DNA of 63,305 nt, counting the filler, from Diploschistes diacapsis (Eukaryota), in the NCBI GenBank assembly GCA_023645945.1. It is 13 parts of 13 records of this genome, joined end to end, with 100 filler letters (N's around TTAATTAATTAA, not from the genome) between each part and the next. Parts side by side here need not be neighbours in the genome. Positions count along the whole stretch, not along the records: positions 15,710 to 41,426 come from JALAIB010000202.1; 12 more parts are not named here. The stretch is one strand, 5' to 3'. The notes under the pieces were generated by a model. It was not told the DNA's origin. It saw only the letters and a list, made by a program, of their open reading frames with translations, and made no database searches. The position numbers and the translations under genes were made by a program. Shown in pieces: positions 23,888 to 36,949 of this stretch (position 1 is its first letter; each line of letters opens with the position of its first letter).

Positions 23888-26800
23888 TTAACCATGATGT
23901 TCGGACCCTGAGACATCTATCAAGCAGGGACTATTGGCATACCACAGTCTTCGCTCCTTACTTTCAAGCTCCGAAGGCGTGAACTCCCCTGTTCCTGCCC
24001 TCGGTCTGTTTCCTTCCGGTGCAGCCTGTAATCGGTAGCGTCTCACCTCCTCGATGCAAGCTCCAATCTCGTATTCGCCTGCGCACAGAAAGACGATACC
24101 CAAGCTTACCTCCTGGGTTGCCTTCCCGTCCAGCAACGGAAGAGGTCGCTGGAGTAGCCCATTAAAGGCAAGCTTCCGTGATAAATCGAGGGCGATGTTG
24201 TAGGGATGATGACGCAGGCTCGGCTGTAACCTCAGGAGCGGGTAAATAGGTTGGGAGCTCCGATTGGTAATCCTGACTGTAACTTTGGCAAAGCCATCCA
24301 CAATGCATCGGAACCGTGTCCGCCTGAGATGTTTGGCTTCTCCTGCTGAAGGGTCATCAGGTGGTTCAAGCGAGACATCGATATGCACTGCTTCCGGCCT
24401 GAGTATCTCGAGCATTTGGGGGCTGAAGTGCATCGTTCGCAGGTTGATATTGCCGGACCTTCCAGATTCTTGTTCGTGCCAAGTAGCCTGCAAACGTTCA
24501 AGTATGTTTTCTCGATACCAGAACATTTCCCTGCCGGTCTTCTCGATCTCGAACGAAATGTTATTTGAGCTGAGCACAAATTGCCGCCTGTTAGCTGGGT
24601 TAATGGCTGGTATTGGGGCATGCGGGTTATCAACCAATGTCCTGGGGATAGGCATCACCAAGCGAGTACTGCGGCCTGGTTGTATGACTGCATTGGTGGT
24701 GGGCGCTGAACTTGTTTTTGGGGAGTCCCCTAGATCTTTGGTTAATTGCAGAGATACCAGGAGAGGTCGCGGCCAAGCATTATGGAAGTCAAGAAGGAGG
24801 AGACATTGCTCTTCATCTCTAGTTTCCTTTGCAGATGATTCCCGCCCAGTCTTGGGGCTTCGGTTGTCGCCAGCCTCAGCAGCAAATTGCCTTGTCACGG
24901 CGAGCAACGTATCTTCTATCACGGCCAGGTTGGTTTGCCAGTCAACATTGCTCCCAAACGGCAGAACCTCTGTTCGAAGCAGCTCAACGCTTGCATTCAC
25001 CGTAACCGCTATTGGCACGATGAGCTGTCTCGTGTAGAACTTGTCAGCCAGTTCAGCTCTGGACACGCCCAAATGTGCATAGGTAACTTGGATGGTACCA
25101 TGCATAAGACCAGGCTTGCCAAACACTTGCACATCAAGTTTGAGTTCTCCTCGAGAACTTATACGCAATTCTTCTGTGCTGCTGCCGCCCGCCAGCTTGA
25201 AGGCCGGCCGACGATACGCTGAGTATTCCGCCTCGTACAGATCCGAGGGTGGTAGGTCTTTGTTATCAATAGCTTCTTGCAGGAAACCTGAAGTTGAGTC
25301 AGTGAAGGAAACCATAACAAAGTCTATCTCATCTGGTGAGTCATTGATCAATGTAATTGAAATGGTCCTTGACTGGCCCAGAAGAACCATGACTGTGGAC
25401 TGGGAGAGAGACATTGGTTTCACGTGGACTATGGGTTGGTTCTTGATTATATTCACGGTCAAGCTTGAAGGGACTGGCGCACGGCTGGGACGATAAGACG
25501 CCATTTGCGAAGGGTCGGATGAAGTCGACATTGGCCGCTCCTTGGGCTGTATGATGATAGAGAGCCCCGAGACTTTGACTTTTGGATCCTCCGACGGCTT
25601 CCAAGGGGCTTCATAGATGCGGAACTTTCGTGGCTCACAGCCCCTAACCTTTGCGACGCAGCCAGGAATTCGAACTTGGCCCACAATCTTTGGTACGCCA
25701 GTAAGATACACCTTCTGTGTCCTGTATGGGCCTATCGTAAGATTTCTCCCAAGAACATTCATGGACTCATCGTCAACATCCAACTTCAGCCATTCAATCT
25801 CAAGATTGACATCAAACAGATTTTGCACTAAGACCATGAAAGTTGTCTTCTCGTTCAGAAGCAGAGTTGGCTCTGTCGAGGCAGTTGCAGGTTTTGCAGC
25901 AAATGGGTTGTAGATGAAAGGGCCGGTCTTCTTTTCTACGCTAGACTGTTCAGCAAGTTGCAGTTCACGCTTTTGCCTCCTGGTAGGAAGATCTGAAGCT
26001 GTTGGTGCTAACACTTGCACTTCCCGTATAAGAAATTCATCCCAATAGTTTGCTTCTGAACCACCCACGCCTGTCTGTCTCATCGCATTTGAAGCTCTTG
26101 CTAAGGTATCGATGAGACGTGTCTGATCCTCGGTTGGGATAGTCGGATACGCATCGTTACTTTCTGGCCCCGGTGCCATTCCACTCGACGCAGTGGCCAA
26201 AAGGTGACTTGAGAAGCGAAGCATTCCTGGAAGGTCTGGCAATGCTTCGCATATATTGATGCACCACCTCAACACGTCCATCTTAAGAATTGGATGTCCA
26301 AAGCACCTCCGAATAGCTTGACCGGTGATCTGATCAGCCTCGATGAGGCCTATCTCCTTGCCCAGGTCACCCCTTTGATCGCCATTTGTTAGTGCGGCTT
26401 CTTGCGGCCCTTGACCGGCCTTGACTATGCCGTAGACTTCGCACAGAATGTCCAGGAAGTTCGTGGTTCCAGCAGTCTCCACACCATAGAGATCAAATGA
26501 TTCATGGCCTTTTCCAGAGCCTACAGCTAAATCCAACGCCGACAAACTAGCCGCTGGATGAAAACCAAGCTCGGCGGCGTTGTCCTTGCGACTTTGAACG
26601 AGTGCAGGCAAAAGGCTAGTCACTAGATCTCTCAAGACGAACGCCTTCTTTCGGTGATAGCCTAGCAACGAAAGAACGGAGGCGATACCGGCAAGAAGAC
26701 TGAATTGATCAACCTCCTCGACAAAATCATTTGCATCGAACACGGGCATGGCACGAAAAGCAAGCGCTGCAATTTCGGCACTACTGGCGAATGGCTCAAT

Positions 26801-28490
26801 ACTGTCCGGTAGTTCTGAAAGCTCTTGTTTCGGCGTTGCATTGCTTACAATGTTCTGAAGGCAATGATTATCCAGCACGGAATGAGAAACTCTCACGATG
26901 CCGAGTAGCCTTGAGAATCGGATAACAGACTCTGAAAAAGACAACATGGGTATCTTGTCCGAATACGAAGATGTTACAGCGCGCGTATAGAAGTAGAGTA
27001 TATGGTTAACGAGATCTGGAAGCAATTGACAAAGGTTTCGAAGGGACACGAGCCGATTTACTGGGATTTGGGTTTTCGTGGCCTCTGCTTCTGAAGATCC
27101 CAGCTTGGGCGGCTTGTTTACTGTCCAGGGAGGCTTCTCAATTGGGTAGCAAATCTGAGGAACCTAGGGAGACTGAGTCATCTAATGCATAGTTGAGCAT
27201 AGAAACACGAACATACCTCAAAATCCAAGCCAGCCCATCCACACATCAAAAGGCTGACAAGAATGTAATCAAGCGCCTTTCCGTACCAAGCGTGATCACT
27301 GCTCCACTTTGCGATAGTCGCACTTTCGACAAGCTCTTTGACTGCGTCTGTCCACCTACCTGCAAGCAGATACATCGAGCCTGTGACGGTGCCGAGTCTA
27401 CCTCTGGCCTGGTTTCTCGCACGTTCGCCGGTAGTCCCAGATCCAAACCCATGCACTGAAACCCGATTTGCCGAGCGAGGCTTCTCAAGGGGCGGAGCAG
27501 AAGGAGGACGTTCTTGGCCTATCTCATCGAAAGTCACGGGAGGCCTGGAACGGTCACCAGGAGAGATTGATCGATCCATATGAGGCTTGAACTCTGATGC
27601 TAGTGGTGAAGAGACATGAAGAGGAAGAGAAGCTCTGTAGGGAATCCTCTCCCCAGCGGCCAACGACGTTCCTGGTGGGCTACTAGAACCAGATTGGTTA
27701 GATCTGGGCCCAGTCAGATCGGTTGCCGAACCCGACGTTGGCGATTGTCCATCGGGGATCGATTGACGACGGGGCGCTGGCGTTTCAATGTTTAGCAGCG
27801 CCTGCACGGACCTCGCGTAGGATGATAACTCCTCCAGAAACTGTGAAGTCATGTCGCACATAGCAGTCTTCAGGGCCGTCGGTTTGGACTGATCGGCTGG
27901 CCGAATACCGATGACGGACCCTGGCAAAGATGCACTGGACCTGAAGTCAAAAAGGAAGATCCTGTGTATCAATGCTGAAGAATGTGCCTCCTGCAATGCG
28001 GTTAGCTTCACAGATAGCCCGAAAGCTCGGTCGCCCTTTGCATGAGCAGCATCTCCCTGGTCCTCGTGTATTTTCCCGTTTGTCTCATCTGGCTCATTCC
28101 CTGGCTCTTTCTCGAGCTTCGAAGCCTCAACCTCAGCGGCATCAGCAATGCCAAGAACGACGAGTGGCTGCCTATACAACTCAAACGGCACTAGATATTG
28201 TGAGGAGACAGGCGCATCGGAACATGAAAAATCGTATAGGATAGACCCTGAGGGGAATCCCAAAGGAGAGAACATGCCTGGTATCTGTTAGGAATATGTA
28301 GCTTGATTCGGCCTAAAATCTTACCTCTCTTTGATCCAGACTCGGGACTGATATCGCTGAGGCGAATAACAGTCTCCTGCGCAATTCTGTTCGCAAAGCT
28401 CATGAATCGGTTCAGCTTTATCCTGCCGCACGGAAGCAGCAGGCACCGCACTCGCGCCGGCGCGACCGGTGATAGCTGGTCATACCCCAT
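23888..28490 (-). CDS. TRS120: TRAPPII complex subunit Trs120; introns 28324-28278 and 27216-27164
   Basis: LSPVAPARVRCLLLP...MFSPLGFPSG, PFELYRQPLVVLGIAD, GSMYLLAGRWTDAVKEL, DFE|VPQICYP, GYHRKKAFVLR, GPFIYNPF, REMFWYRE; canonical introns join three ORFs. Confidence 0.92.
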
Positions 28491-29086
28491 GTTGACATTG
28501 GTGCGAAGGGCCTAAGCGAAGCATAACGTCGAGGAAGAGGATGTTGATCGCAATCTGGAAGTATTTCGAAAGAAAGGCCCCTCATGTCGGACTCAGTATT
28601 GGGTTCATCGCGCTATAAAGTAGTGATGGCTGATGATTCCAGGTATTTGACGAATGCCACATGTCAATCAGAATACTTCAGTTATAAGTTACCTAAACGC
28701 CCCTTGCAGAAAATGGGTCGAATGAAGATTATCGGAGATAACCGCCTCATAGCAGAGTAAATCCAATGACGCATTTGGCGGCCGCTTTCACACGGATGTC
28801 TTAGCAGAGATCCATCTTGTGTCAACATCATTCATCTTTCGATAATTGCTATTTCTTCTATTGTATTTATAAACCCTCGTCTGGCCTGGCGTTCGGTGTA
28901 GTAGTCTAAATCATCCTTCTCAACGAACTTAATCAACACAGCTTTTGTGACGACAAAATCGTTACCAGCCTTGTTCTATTTTCCTAGTACTGATGCCAGG
29001 CACATTCGATCATTTCTGTCAATGACTGGTTTTTTTACCTGCGATTCTCTAATAAATACCTCCTGCGACGCAGACTTTGGTAGAAA

Positions 29087-32000
29087 ATGACGCACAAGGT
29101 GGATTATAGTGCTCTTAGAGCCCAAACTCTCGGAGCAGGGGCAGATGAGGAGGCAGTGACGGTGAACACAAGAGCTCTTATAGACAAAGTTCTGGCCCGG
29201 TACTCCGGAGACTGGTGAGTCTCTGCATAACAACATTTCCCAAGTCCTGCCGAGCTGAGCTGAAAAACCGCAGGACTGTCCTTCGAGAATTGCTACAAAA
29301 TGCTGCCGATGCCTCTGCATCTAAAGTCACGGTTAAGTTCGAGACCGTGCCATCTTCAACCGTGCCGCTTCCTCAGAACTCGACACCCTCCGCTCTAGCC
29401 AAGCACACGATATTGCACCATACTTTGAAGAGGCTGGTAGTTACGAACAATGGACAAGCATTTGGTCCGAATGACTGGTCGAGGTTGAAGCGCATTGCCG
29501 AAGGAAACCCGGACGAAACGAAAATTGGCGCATTCGGAGTCGGATTCTATAGTGTCTTTAGTGACTGTGAAGAGCCTTTCGTTAGCTCAGGAAGGGAAGC
29601 TATGGCCTTCTATTGGAAAGGAAACTCGTTATTTACCCGGAAACTCCAACTATCCGAAACCCAGGCCCGTCCCGAGACAACGTTTGTTCTAGACTACAGG
29701 AACACAACAACGACAGTGCCCAACCTGCTCCCTCTGAGTCAATTTCTCGCAAGCAGCTTGACCTTCGTGGGACTCTCTAACATAGAGCTTTGGCTGGACG
29801 ATTGGAAAATAGTAGCTTTCCACAAGCTTACAGCCCCAGGCTACAACGTAAACATCCCACGCTCCCTCGAAACAAAAACCCCTGAGAGCTTGGTGAAGGT
29901 CCAGTCTGTTTTGCATGAAACTGCCCAATTAGACGCTGTTTGGCTAAACCTCATCGGGTGGAGACCAAAGAGCGCGAATTTGACTAGCAGTGCCGCTGGT
30001 TCCAAAGGCACGCCCCAATCACAGTCTCTACGCTCTTTCTTTAGCAGATTTGCTGCGTCGCACAGCAATGCTGCGGCTGAGCGCGCAGCAAAGGAAGATA
30101 AGGAAGCCCAGGAGGCCATCTCAGAGGATCTTATGGGAGAGCAAAAGGGTACAGTATTTTTCAACGTGAGGACCGCAACGTTAGCGACAAGCGTGAGCAA
30201 AAACTTCGCACTAGAATTGGAACGAGCCACAAAAAAGCCGCCGCCTAAGCATAGCACATTAGCAGTGCTGACAGCCTCTCACATAGGTAACGAAAGTTCC
30301 TCGAGCAATTTGGCATCTCGAGTAGTCGATATCTTCGCTTCTGTTCTCCCATACAAAGCGGGTCGAGTCTTTATCGGATTCCCTACACACCAGACTACAG
30401 GTCTCGCAGCGCACATATCCGCTCCATCTGTCATACCTACAGTTGAGCGGGAAAGCATTGATCTCAATGCCCGATGGGTCAGGTCGTGGAATCAGGAGAT
30501 GCTCAGGGCAGCTGGTATCGTCTGTCGGATAGCGTGGTCGGGTGAGATTGACATGGTAAAGGACAAATTAGCGAGGGTGCTTAAGGAAGACGGCCGGACA
30601 AAGATCTCGGAGAGCGATATCACGAAGGTGGCACCGAATGCGATCCACGTCCTTACTGGATTTACTTTTGGTGAATCTACACCATCGTCTCAAGTTGGTA
30701 CCTTGGTTGAAGAAGCGTTCTGGACTTGTGATAAGTATGCGTCAATCGAGATTCTATCGTCCCGCGGCGTACTTCCTAGCCAACATGTCCGGTTAGCCAC
30801 AGACGAGCTCAGCTTTGTGGAAGGCATCCCTGTCGTGCCAGCTGCTCTCTCTAAAAAAGCAGCTGGTTTTGTCAAGAAGTTAGTCGATTATGGAATTATT
30901 GTGGATGTGACAACAGCGGACATCAAGAAAGAACTTGAGAACCAAGCTTTGAATGCCAAACAGCTAGCGGAATTCCTTCAGTGGCTAGTACACAAGCTAC
31001 GCATCGCTGATGTGGATGCTGCAGTTGCTCGATCCCTCCTTGATGTTGCAGTAGCTAACGATGAGGAGGATGAGAATCGAGTCATCTACCTCGGTCAGAT
31101 CAAATACTCTATCAATCCTTCTAGAATTCCGGTTGGCCTGCCAGTTCCACCAGCGACTATTCCTTTCAAATTTACAAAGAGCGTCGACAAAACTTTACTG
31201 GAAAGCCTGGGTTGGGAAGACCTGCAGATTGTCCCGTGGGTGAAGTTTCTGCTTGACCGACAGGCACCCAAAGGCAACGGTCAAGATCTGGAGGCCGATT
31301 CCGCCTTTGCGGGTCAGGTGCTTTCAGTGGTATCGAAGCAATGGGACGGTCTCAGTCCGAGCTCCAAGTCTACTCTTGTCGGCCTCTTCGCTTCCAAGAC
31401 AGTTATCCCCACTAAGCTGGGCATGCGTAAACCAGCCGATGCTTACTTTGCGTCGGTCAAGCTCTTTGAGGATCTTCCCACGGTGACTGTAAATGCGGTG
31501 AAGGAGAAGTTTCTGGCTTCACTCGGGGTCCGGAAGACTATAGACTTGAACCTCGTGTTCGAACGCCTGCTAAATTCAAAGGAACCGGAGAAGGCGGGAC
31601 CAACATGGTCTCACGTAGAGCTAGTCAAATACTTGACATCGGTACGGAACGATATCCCTCGAGACGATATCCAAAAGCTCCAAACCACGCCTATTTGCGC
31701 TGCGGAGAACGATTCCTCAGGCCGACGTTACAAAGTTACGGATCTCTACGAGCCTAAAGACGAGCTAAGGCCTCTCGGTGTCAAAATATTGCAGTGGCCA
31801 GGGATCTACCGTGCAGGTTCCGAGGAAGGGAAATTTCTACGTTCACTAGGCTTGCGCACCCATCCCGCAATATCTGAGCTCATTGACATTATCTCGACTG
31901 CTGCACACAGCGGTGATGTGCAGCTTCAAGATCGCGCTCTTCGATACCTCGTGGACTTCCACCATCAGCACGGCTATTCTGGGGCTGCGGTTGGAGCCTC

Positions 32001-34447
32001 GAAGGTCGCGTTTCTCCCGCTTGAGGGGAAAGAGAAAGGTCATGCCAGTCCTTCAAGGTGCTTTACCAATGAACAGGTTGCGCTGCTAGGCTACGAAGTC
32101 TTGAGGCGTGATCTGCATCCACATGCCGCCAAACTTGGTGTCCAGGCTAATCCTCCGATCAACGAATGCGTCGTCTGGCTCATCAAGAATCCACCCGAAT
32201 CTCATCGGTCTGCCAGACAGCTGTTCGAGTACTTCGCGTCCAGACTTCACGAGTTGGGTGGTCAGCCTGTCGACGTCCTTAGCAAAGCCGACATAGTCCC
32301 GGTGCCTGTCAAATCAATATCGGCGTCAGAGAAGCAGAGCTCATTCAAGCGCCTACAGCCAAACATGTGTTTTCTCGGCAGTGGGGGGCGATATGCCGAT
32401 ATCTTTGATTACGTCGATTTTGGTGAAGCTGCCAATGCATTTCTTATCCGGTGTGGATCAAAGCCAGAGCCGTCGACGTACGAACTAGCAAAGCTTGTAG
32501 TTCAAGAACCAGCCAGAGTTTTCTCAACCTTCAACGGTACGGAGAAGTATCTTGGTCTGTTGGCCGCGTTAGCTCAATCCTGGTCCACTTTGAAGAAAGA
32601 CAAAAGCCTCGTCCGAGCCATGCGCACTTCGCCGTTTCTTCTTGCATCGATAGAGCACCAGTCGTCAAGCAAATCAGCTCGGGACAGTGCTGCAGAAAAC
32701 CCGGACTTTGATGATGACGATGACGATGACGATGAGCAGGGTACGATTAAATCATGGCAACTTGCTACTGCCGAGAGTATCGTCGTTGTCGACGATGTGA
32801 TTAATTACAGCCTTTTCAAAGGTAACATTCTGGCGGCTCCCCAAGAGGAGGAGCTGGAGACTTTCTATTTGGCCCTAGGGGCCGCGCCACTCTCGAGCAT
32901 TGTTGTTGAGCGAGAAAAAATTGGCCAGCCGAACAGGGATCAAGCGCCTGCTGCTCGATTGAAAAAACTCGTCAACGAGAGAATAAAACTGTTTTATCAT
33001 GACATTTCGAAAGACCAGATCAGTCGCGACGCATCATGGCTCGAAAAACACTTGCAGTTTCTTGCCGTATCAACGCTACAACTGCAAAAGACGTTGAAAA
33101 CGCATGCTGCACGGCATACCATAGAGACTTCAGCAATTCTGTCGAATCATCCTCAGCTAGGACCCACGATTTTCTTCAAGCCTGCCGTTCCGGATCTCTT
33201 TAACGTGAGCCAGTCGTTGTTGAGCATTGCCTTGCATCGGCCAAAGCCACAGCAAGCCATCGTTTTGACGACGCTATTGGAGACAGATTTGAGCAAGCTA
33301 CGAGCACGAGGCTACGACGTGTCCCGGATTCTAAAGCGAAGACAAGCCGAAGCTCGGATTGCGGAGGAAGAGAGGAGAAGAAGACTGGAAGAGGAACAGG
33401 CGCGAATTCAAGCAGCCGAGGCTGCAAGACAGGAGCGCTCGCGGGTCCTTGAAGAGCACAAGCAAGCTGCTATGCCCGGTGTGTTTCCCGATACCCCGGA
33501 GCAGGATAATCGCATCGGACAACTTCCATTCGAGCCCAACGAGATGCACAAACAGCCGAAAGGGTTCTTCGAGAACCTCAGCAAGACCTTTGCCGATCGC
33601 ATGCACCAGGCTCGTGGGAAACCGCTCGAGCTTGCAGGAACTTCCAACCTTCCGGAAGTATCTACTTTGCAAAGTGCAATCCAAAAGAGGCTAGCAACTT
33701 CCGCTCATTCGGCTCCGACTCCGTCTCCTCCAGTCGCCAATCCCCAGCATCTTCAGCAAAACCTCGTCAACGCCATCAAAGCCTCGCGACCGCACAACTC
33801 TCAAAGCGTCGTGAGCGCTCCCGTCGTCAACGACGTCACGGAAACTCAGACCTTTTGCGACGCCAAGCCCGGTCAGAACATAAGCCTCGTCGGCGAGGCC
33901 TCGTCCGGCATCAAAATTTTCGTCTCCAACACCCTTGCAAACAAGCAGAAGTTCATGGCCGCCAACTTGGGCGGCTTCAACTTCTTTTCGTCCGTCATCC
34001 TCGAGGTAGCGGAAGCGGTGCACATCCCAAGGCAGAGCTTGCACATGTTCTACGACGAGGACTCCAGCACGATTGCATTCAACCAGAACGGGGCGCTGTT
34101 CATGAACTACCGCTACTTTGAGGCGCTGCATTTCGCCGGCGTGCAGCAAGGGAGGACAGAGGATGCGGTGGTATATTGGTTTGTGGTTGCTTGTCATGAG
34201 CTGGCGCATAATATTGTTTCGGACCACAGCGCGGCGCACAGCTATTACACGTGAGTTGCTATTTCTCCTGGTGATGTTTTGACGAAGCGAAGCTAATGTA
34301 AATACCAGCGAGGCGTTCGTCGCACAATACTTCAAGAGAGTGGCGCTGGCGATAGCGCAGCCGGCGCAGCAATCTGCTCGCCGAAGTGTCGTGCCGGCAG
34401 CAGAGCATGCAGAGCCTCCGCCCAGATATTCGGAGAGCGTTGAGTAA
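29087..34447 (+). CDS. Large sacsin-like GHKL (Hsp90-type) ATPase protein (DUF3684-like) with C-terminal HExxH zinc-protease motif; introns 29215-29273 and 34251-34308
   Basis: Spliced N-terminus EEAVTVNTRALIDKVLARYSGDW|TVLRELLQNAADA, NNGQAF, KIGAFGVGFYSVF (Bergerat fold); C-terminal CHELAHNIVSDH; last exon ends EPPPRYSESVE*. Confidence 0.9.
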
Positions 34448-35999
34448 TGGGCTTTGTGTTTGGGCTTATGTATAATGGATAGAGATTAACCGGCAATTGG
34501 CTAGAAAGAGGGAGCATGAAGGATCCAGGCGTTGACGGTCCCGAGACTGTGTCTTCTCCTTTCGTCGTTTTTAGCGTTGCATGAAAGAGCACAGCATAGC
34601 ATCAAGCGGGTGGGTATTGTTCGTGTGCAAGGATGCAGACGGTACAAGGCGATTACGGACTTGGGTTCTGAGCAGCTATTGAACTCTAGTTTTGGAATCA
34701 CAGCACGAAAAGAGCAAGCTACTACTAAAGTGGATATGGATGCTTCAAGCAAAGTAACTGAGAGCTGTGAACCCACCACATACCCTTGTGTCACGTCTTG
34801 TTCACTTCCTGCTACCATACCATTCTTCCAGTCCGAAACCCAGGTAATTAGGCAACCAGGCGACCAGACTCGATCCAACCAACCCATAGCTCTTGATCTT
34901 CGCACCCACCATATCGATGTCTCAGAACATGAAATGCGGAGCACATCTCTATAACTAGCTACTTAACATATCCACCTCAATCTCATGCCCTAAACAGTGC
35001 TAACAGTACCAGTGCCACAACCCTTGCTAGCGCCCATTCCTAATCTTTTTTCTTCTCTCTTTCCTTCTCCTTTTTTCTCCTTCCGTTCTTCTTCTCCGAT
35101 TTCGCCTTTCCCTCCTCTTTTTGTCACATTCCACGCAAGGCAGCGTGCTCTCTCGGCCCTTTGTACCACACTTTCGAAGAAGGAGGGAGAAGGGGGGGAG
35201 AACAATCATTCGACTCTCTCTCTCTCTATATGGGATATGGGCTACGGGGGGGCGGACACCGTCGCCGGATCATGGGAGTGGGTGTATAAGAAAAAAAGGA
35301 CAGCACTTACGATGCCCGCCGTTCTCCTGGGGGGCGCCCTGCTCAGACGGGCCCCCCTCCGTACTGGGTCTTTTGGGGGGGCAGAGACATCGTAGGAGCG
35401 CCGGTGGTGGGGTGGAGGAGACTGGGGCTTGAAAGGGGGAAACTGTGGTACGGGGGCATGATGATGTATGATTTATGTTTTGATTTCTTGCGTGTGTTTT
35501 TCCCCCTGCTTTCGTTTTTCCCGATCCCTGTCCTGCATCCCCGGCAAAGTCTGGTAAAAGTTCTTGAGGTCTGTATTGGACTATCGCATTTGTGATCTCC
35601 AAACTTGTTTTTAAAGCTTCAAGACCCCCCCCCCCCCTTTGAGTGGGAATCCATCCGCTGGTGGAACGATGGTACAAAGGCTGGATACGCTGCCGTGCAT
35701 AGATCATCGAGTTTTTTTACGGCAGAAGAGCCATAATATACCATTATAAGGTTAAAGGCTTTTGTGAACACTCTACAACAAGTCGTGCCATTGTACTGTT
35801 TCCATGACGACCGATGCATAATATCTAGACCAAAAACTTAGTTCGACAGGTGCATCCACAATACTTCACAATCAAAAACTCTTAAGAAAGAGTATCTGTT
35901 GCGTGCATAACCCCATCTTTTAAAAAGCTAGTGTCCCCAAAAGCCCGACATACCCGCAATCAGGGGCCCATTTGCGAACCACCCGCCACATTCTCGCGA

Positions 36000-36400
36000 A
36001 TCAGCAGATGCAAACCGTCGCCACCACCCAAGCTAAAGGAGCCGCATTCGCTATCGGGAAGAGAACACAATAGAGCAGACCTGCAGAAGATGGCACGCCC
36101 ACGGCAACCAGAAGACCAACCTGACATACCGCCAGCGCGGCCAGCAAAGGGGCGACTGACAAGCCGGCAACGTACCGCGATTGATCTGATCCCGGCTTCG
36201 GTATCATCTTGCAAGTCCTGGAAAGCGTAAAACGGTCTCGAAAGACCATGGAGGTAAAAGGAAAGTCGATGATCACGACGCCAATCGGCTTGGCTGAGGC
36301 GGATCGATTGGGCAAAAGGAAGAACCTGAGGGTACAATAGCGCCAACGGACTATGTGGAAAGGACACGCTCGGGGCCGATTAGCACGCAAATAGTCTGGA
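36000..36400 (-). pseudogene. Fragment of a UbiA/Coq2-type aromatic prenyltransferase
   Basis: YAFQDLQDDTEAGIRSIAVR (36170-36229) matches the second Asp-rich UbiA motif YxxQDxxDD; YPQV..FA upstream; reading frame broken. Confidence 0.6.
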
Positions 36401-36949
36401 GAAGATGTAACTCGAATGTACGATCAATCCTGGGGCAGTGCTCATAGATGTACTCGAAATCATGCTGATATGTTCTTTTTGCCTAAACCTCCTACTGGAC
36501 GGCCCTCAGAACCTCGCATTCAATACAGTGTAAATCAGTTTCCGAGTATAGAATACCACCTCCTTGCAGGTCATACTTCAAAAGCAGCGGGACGCAACTT
36601 CGAGTCGCATGTGCAAACGCCAGAAGCTTCATTTCTCAAAAAAATTACTATCCCACCGTCGGTATCACTTGAGATAACGTCAGCACATCTGATGTGACTG
36701 CATTCGCTTTGTGGTAAGACCTCCAGTCGTTATTGGGTTCCGCTGTCAATGCAAGTACCGCAACGGGATCTTAAAACGTTTGGAATCGATTAGCTGCTCG
36801 ATATCCTATCCATCTTGAGAAGGTAAGCTGTAAAGGATAAGGTGAGCAATTTGTCGGATCGACTTCTTTCCGGGCCAAAAAAATAACCAAGTGTGAGTGG
36901 GTAATGTTCCTTGTGTCTCACGCGCTGCTGATGCTTGTTGTCTTTTTCT

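Noticed and set aside
23233..34335. Numerous antisense and alternate-frame ORFs over HAD, TRS120 and the GHKL gene
   Set aside because: Shadow ORFs expected from GC-rich codon usage; no recognisable motifs.
34988..34995. CCCTAAAC as a telomerase template
   Set aside because: Too short, lies inside the putative intron, and no telomere sequence is available to compare.
35033..35435. snR30/U17 or RNase MRP identity for the structured region (CCATTCCTA; GGGGCTTG)
   Set aside because: The partner motifs (AAACCAT for snR30; GAAAGTCCCC for MRP) are absent.
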